From contig CAVQMM010000001.1 in NCBI GenBank assembly GCA_963713615.1, positions 3,488,001-3,552,000 of the forward strand: 64,000 nucleotides of DNA, given 5' to 3'. Shown here piece by piece: positions 49,596-59,460 of the stretch. The notes under the pieces are model-generated. The model saw nothing but the letters and a program-made list of their open reading frames with translations. It searched no databases and was not told the DNA's origin. Every line of letters starts with the position of its first letter. The stretch's first letter is position 1. Both the position numbers and the translations under genes were made by a program. Source of the stretch: an uncultured Chlamydiae bacterium (lineage in GTDB: Bacteria; Chlamydiota; Chlamydiia; Chlamydiales; JAJFMA01).

Positions 49596-50228
49596 TTACC
49601 ACAGAGAACGCGGAGACGCCGAGATAGGAGAGAGAGGAAAGAATTTTTGGTTTATTATTTTGGATCGCCCATGTGGTATATTCCTCAGCCCATTTTAGGA
49701 TAGGACTAGTGGACGATATGAGGTAATTTCAGAAGTCCGATTTTCCGAAGTCAATTTCCTGAAAATCAGATGCCGGTGAAGAGAGAGTCATTCCCTTCCC
49801 AGGCCCGAAGGGTCGATATTGCAACAGGCCATGGCATCGCCATGGTATATGCCAAAACGGTTTTAGCAGCCTGTAGGGCTGCCATAAAGCGCATGCATAA
49901 ATGGTGTTTGTAAACTGGCGTCTTGTAGCAGTCCTTCAGACTGCGAAATCCCTTCCTGGCATATACCATGGCGATGCCATGGCCTGTTGCAATATCGACC
50001 CTTCGGGCCTGGGAAGGGAGAAAAGCCTGTCTTTCCAGACTGGATAGTGCCATACCACTTAAGCTCTCCAGAATCGCCTTCTCACAAAAAAAAGTGATTT
50101 TTTTTCCAAAGAATCGATCCATGAGAGCCCAAATACTCCTGAAATTACCTCATATGGACGAATCCAAAATAAAAACAAAAAAAAATCCTCTCTCTCCTAT
50201 CTCGGCGTCTCCGCGTTCTCTGTGGTAA
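49596..50228. repeat. Inverted-repeat pair (TTACCACAGAGAACGCGGAGACGCCGAGATAGGAGAGAGAGGA) enclosing a MITE
   Basis: 43-bp perfect arms starting at 49596 and ending at 50228; related lone arm at about 29360-29395. Confidence 0.85.
49720..50151 (-). mobile_element. Outer MITE, empty 432-bp form (reverse)
   Basis: 4-bp TSD ATAT. Confidence 0.92.
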
Positions 50229-50682
50229 ATTCCCATTTTTTTCTCGCCTCAATACCTAAGGCTTACAAAATCCTAGCACTTTTTTCATAATGTTAATTTA
50301 GTTTGCTTGATATTATTAACTATGGTATTCTTGCAAAAGCGTTGACTTGATAGTCGAGTCGATGCGTTCCGAGATAAATAAAAAAATGATGGTGTAGCAA
50401 ATGACATACTTCTCTGAGTGCATGCCTTCAAGGCAATGTCAGCAAAGTTTTTCAAACAGGCCTATGACGTATTCTTTCTTTGTCATTTCCTCCCTTCTTA
50501 TTCTCGCTTCCCTTATTGTGCTCTAGCACAACACTAATTTTTTACTTTAATTACATCCGTTGACCCCTTAGTAGCCGTTAACCTTTGCTATAACAAACGT
50601 GCATTTTTTTGCATGTGAGGTGTTTTGGCTTGTTTACGTCTAACTAATTTAAAAAAACATTTTTACTACTTAGGAGAAAAAA

Positions 50683-51528
50683 ATGAATTTACATTCCATA
50701 GAAAAGCAGCAACACGTAGCTGAAAACAGGAATACAGAAAGAAACTCATATAAATCCGCCTCACCACAACTTCAAGGTGTCGCTACCGGAGCGACGGCAG
50801 GGGCTGTAGAGGCCTTGGCGCTCTACTGGACTAATATCAGGCGTGTCGCTGCCCAGCTGGATAAGCCTATGCCCACAACGCTGCGCGGACACTATGCCGG
50901 TCTTCCATTAGGCATGGCCCTGAACATTCCTTTGTTTGCGGCCATCCATGGCACCAAGATGGCGTTTGCTAGCGATGACGATGAAGTGCCAAGCCCTGAG
51001 AAGAAGGTTGCTATTGCACTCTGCTCTGCGGCTAATGCGACCTTCTTCTTGACGCCCATGGAGAACGTTCTGGTGAAGATGAAGTTACACCAGCAAGGCT
51101 GGCAACCCGTTATGAAGACCATGTATCGCGATCAAGGGCTACGCCCCTTCTATCATGCGACGTCTTTAGCGTATGCCCGAAACGGAGCTTATTGTCTCGG
51201 TCTATACGTTTTGACACCTCAGCTGTCCAAGGCTTTGGGAGATCCCGAAGGCAAAGACCCCAAAAAGGTCATCGCCGCGGCCAGTACTTCGGGAGCCTTG
51301 TGTTGTATGGCGACACACCCCTTAGATGTGGCCATGACGCACATACGTAGCAAGCCGCAGATGACCTTAAAGGCTATTTGTGAGGATGTTTTTGCGAAAA
51401 AGGGCTGGAAGGGCTTTACGGCGGGCCTAGCGCCACGGTTGGTGCGCATTGGAGGAGGGAGCGGTCTGGTTACTGGCGTCTTTATGGCATGTGACCATCT
51501 GATGACCAAAGCGGAGGGTAAGCAATGA
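50683..51528 (+). CDS. Mitochondrial carrier family (SLC25-like) protein
   Basis: Three-repeat layout with GATAGAVEA, TPMENVLVKMK, DQGLRPFYHA, HPLDVAMTHIR, GWKGFTAGLAPRLVR; AGGAG RBS. Confidence 0.85.
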   Translation: MNLHSIEKQQHVAENRNTERNSYKSASPQLQGVATGATAGAVEALALYWTNIRRVAAQLDKPMPTTLRGHYAGLPLGMALNIPLFAAIHGTKMAFASDDDEVPSPEKKVAIALCSAANATFFLTPMENVLVKMKLHQQGWQPVMKTMYRDQGLRPFYHATSLAYARNGAYCLGLYVLTPQLSKALGDPEGKDPKKVIAAASTSGALCCMATHPLDVAMTHIRSKPQMTLKAICEDVFAKKGWKGFTAGLAPRLVRIGGGSGLVTGVFMACDHLMTKAEGKQ

Positions 51529-52718
51529 GTATGCAGGTAATTCCTGAGCCGCGCACTTTGCTATCCAAAGGGACCCTATTTGGGGTTTGCTGGTCTGTGG
51601 GATTGTTTGCAGGGATGGACGGACATCTCTGCAATGTTCTATTGCCACAGATTCTGGATAGCATCGGCAATACTCAGGCGGCCGCCTTGATGATGTCGCT
51701 ATTTCTGCTCGGCTGGATGGTCGGTGGTATTGGGGGTGGGATGCTCAGTGACCGCTGGGGTAGGGTGAGGACCACGGCTTTAGCCGTGGTTTTGTATACC
51801 GCTTTCACGGGTTTGCTGGGGATCATAAGCACGACTTGGCAGCTCGCCGTCTGTCGCCTAGTAACGGGTTTGGGCGTTGGCGCTGGTTTGGTGAGCATTT
51901 CGGTTTTACTCGCTGAAAACTGGCCCGTGCACAACCGAGCGGTGGCTATTGGATGCTTGCTCACCTCTTATCAAGCAGGTGTTTTTGTATCTGGCATGGT
52001 AGCCGCTTGGTGTCCGCATTGGCGTGTGGCTATGCTTCTTGGCTCTGCGCCTTTAGGTTTGGCGCTCCTGATTCCTCACTTGCTGAACAACTGTGCAAGG
52101 CGGGAAGATGGGGTGGATACTGCTCCAAGGAAAGCATCATGGAGTGCTCTTTTTTCCACAGGACAGCGCCACAGCACCATCGTTGGAAGCCTAATTTTTG
52201 GAAGCCTACTCTTGGGCTATTGGGCCTCGGCTACCTGGGTGCCCACGTGGTTGCATACTCTTGGCCACGCCAAAGAGCAGGCTGGCATAGCAACGACCCT
52301 ACACGGCATTGCAGCCGTGTTGGGGTGTTGCTTAGCGGGCCCTCTAGTTTGCTGCTATGGTCATAAACGCAGCATTCAAGTGTCCCTAGCAGGGGCTTTG
52401 GGGGCATCGTGTTGGATGTTTGGCATTGACAATGCGGAGGTTAGTCTAGTGTACTTGCAATACGCCTTGCTGGGTTTCTTTATAGGCTTGGCTCAGGCTA
52501 CCATCTACATTTATTTGCCGCAGATCTTTCCCAGCAATATGCGTGCATCAGGCGTGGGTTTTTGCCTGAATATTGGTCGAGCCATCACATGTATCGTGAT
52601 CTTATTCATGTCATGGCTCGTTGTGATGCTTGGAGGGTACAGCCAAGCTTTATTGGCCTTTGCTTGTCTGTACGTGGTAGGACTACTCGCCAGCCTTTGG
52701 GCCATCGAAATGACATAA
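51525..52718 (+). CDS. MFS transporter
   Basis: Motif A GMLSDRWGR, RLVTGLGVGA, ENWP...RA; about 12 TMs. Confidence 0.93.
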   Translation: MSMQVIPEPRTLLSKGTLFGVCWSVGLFAGMDGHLCNVLLPQILDSIGNTQAAALMMSLFLLGWMVGGIGGGMLSDRWGRVRTTALAVVLYTAFTGLLGIISTTWQLAVCRLVTGLGVGAGLVSISVLLAENWPVHNRAVAIGCLLTSYQAGVFVSGMVAAWCPHWRVAMLLGSAPLGLALLIPHLLNNCARREDGVDTAPRKASWSALFSTGQRHSTIVGSLIFGSLLLGYWASATWVPTWLHTLGHAKEQAGIATTLHGIAAVLGCCLAGPLVCCYGHKRSIQVSLAGALGASCWMFGIDNAEVSLVYLQYALLGFFIGLAQATIYIYLPQIFPSNMRASGVGFCLNIGRAITCIVILFMSWLVVMLGGYSQALLAFACLYVVGLLASLWAIEMT

Positions 52719-52822
52719 TCACAGCGGAGCAGTCTTGCAAGGATTGCTCCCTTTTCGTCTGTTGCTTTATGGAACTTTATGCGCTATCTTTTCACCCAAC
52801 TAGTGAAAAATGAGGTAAAGCA

Positions 52823-53236
52823 ATGAGTTCGTTATTTGAACATTGTGCATTATCGTTGTCTGGCGAACGCCCCCTCATCTATACAGCCTTTTCCAAACAC
52901 TATTTTTATTATCGCTTGCATATCTCTCGCTTTGTGCTTGAACAAGGCAGCGTTCCACTGAATCCATTCCTATTGTTCGATTACTTTCTTCTGGATACCG
53001 TTCCTCGCGATTTGGTGCGAGATGCTAACAATTCTATTGTGAAGCATGCCGATGCGCTGTGGGCCTTTGGTCCTATCTCCAATGGGGTTCTGGCGGAACT
53101 TCAGATCGCTCATGCGATGAAAAAGCCTATCCGCTATTTCAAAATCGCTGGTCCTCACGAGATCGTTGAAGAATCCTTGGCAAATGCGGATTTGGAAGAA
53201 GAGGTTAGGGAGTATCGCGATCAGCTACCGATATAA
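52823..53236 (+). CDS. Nucleoside 2-deoxyribosyltransferase-like protein
   Basis: LIYTA...VPLNP...ADALWAFGPISNGVLAELQIA...KPIRYF. Confidence 0.6.
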   Translation: MSSLFEHCALSLSGERPLIYTAFSKHYFYYRLHISRFVLEQGSVPLNPFLLFDYFLLDTVPRDLVRDANNSIVKHADALWAFGPISNGVLAELQIAHAMKKPIRYFKIAGPHEIVEESLANADLEEEVREYRDQLPI

Positions 53237-53315
53237 GTTCTCTGGCTATTAAATAGCTTGCCAATGATTAGCCTTGTCCTTTTAATGCATTTTTAAGGAC
53301 TAAGGTGACCAGACC

Positions 53316-55205
53316 ATGATACCACTACCCATTAATGCATTTACTTCCACTGGACTTTATTTCAACGGCTTCTTGTTTGCAGCATCTGTGCTTTTACTTC
53401 TCGCACTCTATCTGGTTCGGTGGAAGTCGGAGTCTCTCTCCACTGCACTTTGGCTGGGTGCTCATGCCCTTGCCGCTTTAGGGACATGGCTAATCACAGA
53501 CGATGCCATTGCACTCATTCCCGCTCTGGCGTTGAATTTCTTGCTGTTATTAACGCTGCGTCACATCACCCCGATAACTTCGACCTTTGGCCTATTTTTT
53601 GCCGTTATCATGGTCGCTCCAGCGGTATATGCCTTGGTGTGGCTTTTTGAGCTCTTGGGCTTCTTAATAGGCTTTGAGGGGATAGGCTGGGGTATATCTC
53701 TTGTAGGGATATGTCTCGCTTTCATCTTTAGTGTGTTGATTGTTGCTAATAGTACCATGGGCACTTGGATTACTCTGGTGCGCTTTTCGGAGCTTTATTT
53801 TTTGTTTCCCAGAGGAAAAGCTGCAGAAAAGCTTGCTAACGCACCAAGGACTTCCTATCCATGGGTATCCATTCACGTTCCTTGCTATGCTGAGCCCCCT
53901 GAGTTGGTGATTAAGACTCTAGATGCCCTAGCAGCTCTGGAGTATCCTAATTTTGAAGTTATCGTCATCGATAACAACACCAAAGAGGTTAGCCTTTGGA
54001 AGCCTCTCGAGGAGCGTTGTACTCAGTTAGGTGAACGATTTCGCTTCTATCACGTCGATCCTTTGCAAGGGGCCAAAGCCGGTGCCCTCAATCTAGCGAC
54101 AACGTTAACCTCTCCTCAGGTGGAGGTGATCGCGGTCATTGATGCTGACTTTGTCGTCCAACCGGACTTTTTGGCGCGTAATGTTGGCTATTTCGATAAT
54201 CCCAAAACAGGCTTTGTGCAGACCTGCCACGACTATCGCGACTGGCAGAAAAGCCGCTACCAAACAGCCTGCTATTATGAGTATGAAGTGCACTTTAAGC
54301 TGGAATTGCCTGGCCTTAGTGAATGGGATACCGCCTACACAGTAGGGACGATGTGTCTTGTTCGACGCCGGGCTCTAGAAAGCGCTGGAGGCTGGTCGGA
54401 GTGGTGTCTTACAGAAGATTCCGAGCTTGCTGTGCGACTGCACGCTTTGGGTTATGAGGGCTATAACCTCAAGGAGACTTTCGGCAGAGGGATCATCCCT
54501 GAGACCTTTGAGGGCTACAAAAAGCAGCGTTTTCGTTGGAGCGCGGGGCCTGTTCAGCAGATTCAGCAACACTGGCGCCTTTACCTGCCTTGGGCCAAAA
54601 ATAGCCTGCGCCCTGTCCAGAAGATCGCAGAGATTTTCCATAGCATGTCGCTATTCTTTAGCGAATTGATGTATGTAGCTTTTAACCTGCCAATACTCTT
54701 GGTTTTTGTTTGGTTATCGATCACTAAAGGGCTCGTATTTCCTGTTCCGACAGCCGTGTTAGTGCTGATTCCTGTGGCAATATTACGCAATATTATCTGC
54801 AATAGAATCCATGTGGGGCTTCTAGGGGGCGGCTGGCGTGAGTATGTGCTGTCAGCGATGGCTCTACGTTCTCTGGGCTTTACAAGGCTAAAAGCCTTCT
54901 ATATGGCTTGGTTGCCTGTAAAGCTAGCTTGGAAACGCACCGACAAATTCCCTGCTAAGTCTTGTATTTCGAGGGCATTTCTCTCCTGCCGCGGCGAACT
55001 GATCCTGGTCACTCTATACCTTGTGATAGCGGCATTCATTGCTCCCTATGCGGATTTTTCTCATCCTGATGTTCTATGCCTCACCTTCTTGGGCTTCTTA
55101 AATCAGGCCCTAACATTCCTCTGTGCCCCTCTGATGGCGCTATATTCCGAGCGCGAGCTGGCCAAAGGTGAGCGTGAGCAGGTGCCCCTGGAGCGGTTCG
55201 TGTGA
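53316..55205 (+). CDS. Processive GT2 glycosyltransferase (cellulose-synthase / NdvB-like)
   Basis: VSIHVPCYAEPP, KAGALN, IDAD, TED, QRFRW; flanking TM helices. Confidence 0.92.
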   Translation: MIPLPINAFTSTGLYFNGFLFAASVLLLLALYLVRWKSESLSTALWLGAHALAALGTWLITDDAIALIPALALNFLLLLTLRHITPITSTFGLFFAVIMVAPAVYALVWLFELLGFLIGFEGIGWGISLVGICLAFIFSVLIVANSTMGTWITLVRFSELYFLFPRGKAAEKLANAPRTSYPWVSIHVPCYAEPPELVIKTLDALAALEYPNFEVIVIDNNTKEVSLWKPLEERCTQLGERFRFYHVDPLQGAKAGALNLATTLTSPQVEVIAVIDADFVVQPDFLARNVGYFDNPKTGFVQTCHDYRDWQKSRYQTACYYEYEVHFKLELPGLSEWDTAYTVGTMCLVRRRALESAGGWSEWCLTEDSELAVRLHALGYEGYNLKETFGRGIIPETFEGYKKQRFRWSAGPVQQIQQHWRLYLPWAKNSLRPVQKIAEIFHSMSLFFSELMYVAFNLPILLVFVWLSITKGLVFPVPTAVLVLIPVAILRNIICNRIHVGLLGGGWREYVLSAMALRSLGFTRLKAFYMAWLPVKLAWKRTDKFPAKSCISRAFLSCRGELILVTLYLVIAAFIAPYADFSHPDVLCLTFLGFLNQALTFLCAPLMALYSERELAKGEREQVPLERFV

Positions 55206-55216
55206 TTCCAGGACAT

Positions 55217-55392
55217 TGCCCTGGCCTGTTGCAATATCGACCCTTCGGGCCTGGGAAGAGGTAAAAGCCTGTGTCTCCAGAGGCAGATAGTGCCGTCGCT
55301 TGAGCTCTCCAGAATGGCCTTCTCGCAAAAAAAGGTAACCTTTTTTCCTGAGAATCGATTCTCAAGGGCTCAAATAATTTTGCAATTACCTC
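55217..55392 (-). mobile_element. Left part of outer MITE (truncated)
   Basis: TIR and first palindrome arm only. Confidence 0.85.
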
Positions 55393-55448
55393 TAAAGGAC
55401 CTAGAAGGCACACACTATCAGTCCTCTATGTTGTTTATGTTCCTGTGC

Positions 55449-56924
55449 TCATTTAGTTTGAAACAAGAAATCCAACTCACCAGGGCGCCTGGTGGCACTT
55501 TTTCTGTCTCCCTCATCCTTAACGTCTTTTCTTTCGGCCAGGATACGATTGATGTTATCACTATTTTGATTATCTAATGATGAGCGTGACTCCATGAAAC
55601 GAGTGTTCTTGGCAGGATCTCTAAAATTAGGCACAAACTTCTTGATAAACCGAGTTAGATCATCCGGTAAATAGGTACTATGCTTAAACTGTTCCCCATC
55701 CGTGAGCGTGAAGTTCATCTCAAAAAAGGGCTTCGGTAGCTCTTCGAAAGGTTTGTTATTTAATTGTGGAACTACCCATTTACCCTTGACCCTGATTTCT
55801 AAAAAGCCCTTATCAACACGGAAACCGATGATATTCGGTTGATTAAAATGCGCAGCTATTTGGAGGGAGGTCATGTTCTCTGGTTGGACAATGGCATGGG
55901 GAGCTATCATCTTCATGATGGCAATGGCGAGTGGACTCTCGTTATCAAGGTTCTCACGGTTTTTCGTTTCCCTATGTTGCTTCTCAAATACATAGCTGTC
56001 ACCAGCCTTCTTTATGATCAAGGCATGATTTTCCCAGCCATTGGGTTTGGCAACAGTACCATCCGGCCCAATTATAGACTTTAGAGTGTTCCCATCAGAT
56101 GTATAGTGCCATGGTAGCCTCTTATCGGGGCTAAAAGTGACCACTACAGAATTGGGGTATTCCATGTAAAATAGAAAAAGCTCTTTATGCTGGGAAGCAT
56201 CAACATCTAGGTCATCAGACTCTTCTATGATCACAATGTTTCGCTCTGTAAGAGCATTAGGATTGTTCTGCTCAACCACAAGTGGAAACAAGCGTTTGAG
56301 GATTTGGTTATTGACAGCATTGGTCAGGCCTGAAGCTGCCATAGCACCAACAAGCTCGCTATAGGTCGTGTAGGTGGTTTGACAGTTAACCGTTCTGTTG
56401 GCGAAATAGGCCACGCTAGCTGTGCCACCGATCAATGTGATAAAGAATGATGCGCCTTTAGACAAGTTCTTTAAACCCGCATGCCTTACAGCTTCTGCTG
56501 AAGCAGCTAGAGAGGCTCCGTACAAAACCTCGTCAGCGAGCTCACTGGTAAGCCAAGAGGGCATGACGCCCGTTGCATCCAGAGCTGTCGGCATGAGACT
56601 AAAGACCGCCGCCGTAGTCACAGCTTTGCCGGTTTCCCTCCAGTCTACGTCTACCATTGGAGAAGGCTTGCAAACATCCCATACTGCCTTGACGGAAGTG
56701 AACATAACACCAGGTAGAACATATTCTAGGGGATTCGCTATGACATGATTGATTGCTGATAGTCCTTGAGGAGCTTGGCATATTGTTTGGACAATTTTGG
56801 TCGAGCCTATGTCGTCAGCGGCTCTCCAAACAAGACCATTTAAAGCGCCACCTAAGACACCAATTCCAATACCTGTTGACCAGGTTTGTTTGACTTCATT
56901 GAAAACTGATCGTAAAACATCCAT
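55449..56924 (-). CDS. Hypothetical membrane-associated protein (paralog of 57044-58420)
   Basis: Shared N-terminal hydrophobic domain: GIG.LGG.LNGL..RA.D.I...PSWLT..L.D..LYG. Confidence 0.8.
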   Translation of the reverse strand: MDVLRSVFNEVKQTWSTGIGIGVLGGALNGLVWRAADDIGSTKIVQTICQAPQGLSAINHVIANPLEYVLPGVMFTSVKAVWDVCKPSPMVDVDWRETGKAVTTAAVFSLMPTALDATGVMPSWLTSELADEVLYGASLAASAEAVRHAGLKNLSKGASFFITLIGGTASVAYFANRTVNCQTTYTTYSELVGAMAASGLTNAVNNQILKRLFPLVVEQNNPNALTERNIVIIEESDDLDVDASQHKELFLFYMEYPNSVVVTFSPDKRLPWHYTSDGNTLKSIIGPDGTVAKPNGWENHALIIKKAGDSYVFEKQHRETKNRENLDNESPLAIAIMKMIAPHAIVQPENMTSLQIAAHFNQPNIIGFRVDKGFLEIRVKGKWVVPQLNNKPFEELPKPFFEMNFTLTDGEQFKHSTYLPDDLTRFIKKFVPNFRDPAKNTRFMESRSSLDNQNSDNINRILAERKDVKDEGDRKSATRRPGELDFLFQTK

Positions 56925-57043
56925 TACATTTCCTTAAAATTAGGTATTGTTTATACAAGATCTAAGGTTGATAATGCACTATTTGCGATTCTTGCAAAAG
57001 CATTGTTGTGAGGCGTCAGTGCAAGCGCGATGTCAACAAGAGA

Positions 57044-58420
57044 TCATTCATCCATTATATTTTCGCATTTCAAGTGCTTTTTTAAAGCCTGAATGAAATC
57101 GCTGTGTTCATCGGCTGTCTCTTCAATATGCGGATGAGAACTGTTATGGATTTTGTAGACCATGTTGTTATTGATTTTGGTAACTCTTACAGATTGACCC
57201 TGCTCGCAAGGAGGATCGGGGAGATTTAAGAAATTATCAAAAGATTTGTTATAGTAATTCTTGCTCTCTTGACAGAACAAGCGCATAGTAACCTTGCCTT
57301 GGTAATTCTTCCAGATCTCTAACGTACCAAGCTTGTTAAGTTCGCCTAGGATAACAAGCATCATGATCTGATCTGGAGACAGAGTGGGTATTGGGCTGGG
57401 AGCCTCGAGGCAGGTCTGCAAGAACCTTCGAAGATCCGCGATTTCATTGTCTGACATGTTCGAACAAGTTCTATTTTTGCTATTCCAAAGTGTAAAGTGG
57501 AGTTGATCGTTCTGCCAAATATGCACTTCATAGGGAGAATGGGGAATAGCTGGGTATTTTATCTTATCAGCTTCTGCAATAAGCCCTTCGGGAAGGTAGT
57601 CAGCTTCTCCATTGGGATTAATGTAGCTCCAGGCATAGGTGTTGGCTTGGTTATCATGGACGAGTTTTAGCAAGTGCCCATTAGTGAAATACTGGCTTAA
57701 GAGATGGATGTTTTGGCCCTGCGCATGATGGTGTTCTTCGTTAGGGATGACGGGCTTGAATCGTTCGTGGACCATGGAGTAAAAAACGTTGGTGATGATT
57801 TTACCTGCCGCTGAAGCTATGAGGGCCCCCAGGATATTGGCATAGACCATTTGTTCGGATGGACATTCGTAGATGCTGTCGGTAAAAAAGGCAGCATTAA
57901 TGATTCCGAATGGAATGGAGGTGAGCATGATCATACGGCTAACCGAATGCTGCCCTATGAAGCTCGCAGCTTTTGCCGTCGAATTCAGAGCCATGCCATA
58001 GAGAGCCCGATCGACGAGGTCATTGGTGAGCCACGAAGGCACTATCCCTGATGCTTCTAGTAGAGTGGGTAGGATTGCATAGGTTAGGGATTCTATGCCG
58101 CATCTTACAGCCTCCGGTGTATCTCTATGGGGGGCCGCTTGGAATAGGTCATAGATGGCTTTAGCTGCAACCAAGGAGATGCCTTCAGGGTACTTCAAGG
58201 GAGTAGCAAGTATTGCTTGGAGGGCTTGTAGCGATCCCGCGCTGGCAGAAGATCTCCCACTACTGAGTAATTGAGAGATGTAGGTTTCATCTATACCATC
58301 CAAGGCCCGCATAGAGAGACCATTGAGAACTCCACCCAAGGCTCCTATACCGGAAACTGTCGTAAAAGTTTGCTTGCACAAGCTTAATAATGTTGTCGTG
58401 ACATTGACTGTAAAATTCAT
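57044..58420 (-). CDS. Hypothetical membrane-associated protein (paralog of 55449-56924)
   Basis: Same N-terminal domain; divergent C-terminal half. Confidence 0.8.
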   Translation of the reverse strand: MNFTVNVTTTLLSLCKQTFTTVSGIGALGGVLNGLSMRALDGIDETYISQLLSSGRSSASAGSLQALQAILATPLKYPEGISLVAAKAIYDLFQAAPHRDTPEAVRCGIESLTYAILPTLLEASGIVPSWLTNDLVDRALYGMALNSTAKAASFIGQHSVSRMIMLTSIPFGIINAAFFTDSIYECPSEQMVYANILGALIASAAGKIITNVFYSMVHERFKPVIPNEEHHHAQGQNIHLLSQYFTNGHLLKLVHDNQANTYAWSYINPNGEADYLPEGLIAEADKIKYPAIPHSPYEVHIWQNDQLHFTLWNSKNRTCSNMSDNEIADLRRFLQTCLEAPSPIPTLSPDQIMMLVILGELNKLGTLEIWKNYQGKVTMRLFCQESKNYYNKSFDNFLNLPDPPCEQGQSVRVTKINNNMVYKIHNSSHPHIEETADEHSDFIQALKKHLKCENIMDE

Positions 58421-58551
58421 ACGATTCCGTAAGGTATATTAGTTATGTGATAGAGACTGCCATTTTAAATGCTGCAAGTTAGTTAGTCAATCTGAAGTGT
58501 TTTTTATTAATGTCATGTAGTGGATGGCTGTTGGGCTAAAATGAACAAAAT

Positions 58552-59220
58552 GAGGTAATTGCAAAATTATTTGAACCCTTGAGAATCGATTCTCAGGAAA
58601 AAAGGTTACCTTTTTTTGCGAGAAGGCCATTCTGGAGAGCTCAAACGACATGGCACTATCTGGCTCTGGAGACACAGGCTTTTACCTCTTCCCAGGCCCG
58701 AAGGGTCGATATTGCAACAGGCCAGGGCATCGCCCTGGTATATGCCAAGGGGGATTTCGCAGTCTGAAAGACTGCCACAAGACGTCTGTATTCACACGCT
58801 ATTTATGCAAGCGCCTTGTGGCAGCCCTACGAGGCTGACAGGAAATATCCCTTGGCATATACCAGGGCGATGCCCCATAGGCCTCAACCTAAGCCTAACA
58901 ATCGTATCTCGGCGCGCAGCGCTTTGGAGTGCGGTCGCTTGCGACCGCTTTGGGTTCCTTGCGACGGTCGTGTGCAACGGCATCACTATAATTCCCTAAG
59001 GGTAAAATAGTTAGTACATGCAGCCTTCGACGAATCCATACAATGCCGTTTAGCATTGCCGTCCCAAGGAACGAAAAGCGGTCGCAAGCGACCGCACTCC
59101 AAAGCGCTGCGCGCCGAGATACGATTGTGAAGTCCTAAGTCATTAAGATATAAGCTCAAAAGACCTGTTAGGTTGATGCCTATGGGGCGATGCCCTGGCC
59201 TGTTGCAATATCGACCCTTC
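58552..59220 (+). mobile_element. Composite MITE variant with inner element 58876-59184, interrupted at 59220 by IS110
   Basis: Inner TSD GGGCGATGCCC; the outer element stops at GACCCTTC where other copies continue GGGCCTGG. Confidence 0.9.
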
Positions 59221-59234
59221 TACCATAGGATTTT

Positions 59235-59460
59235 GCAAACGATTATCGACGGTAATAGGAAAAGACAAAAAACATTTCTCTAAGGTATCATTTTGGCCGA
59301 CGAAGGTGTGGCCGTGTGCCCTTAGCGAATGTTTGTTCGCCTGGCCCGATATGCCGCCTTCGTCGTTTGCATCATCCAATAATTCCGTTCGGGATGGTGC
59401 CAATCTTCTGATTGTGGCTCTGTAAGTAGAAGTGGAATTTGGGTGAAATTTAACGCTCAC
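59235..59460 (+). ncRNA. Putative IS110 bridge RNA (boundaries approximate)
   Basis: Stem 59298-59365 with an internal loop carrying GCCCTT and GGCCCGA, which match the insertion site; second hairpin 59369-59400; TACCAT -10-like hexamer at 59221-59226. Confidence 0.7.

Noticed and set aside
49414..49602. 62-aa LLFL-repeat membrane peptide
   Set aside because: By-product of the polypurine tandem repeat; no independent coding evidence.
50230..50680. Riboswitch upstream of the mitochondrial-carrier gene
   Set aside because: No known aptamer consensus recognisable by eye; an Rfam scan would be needed.
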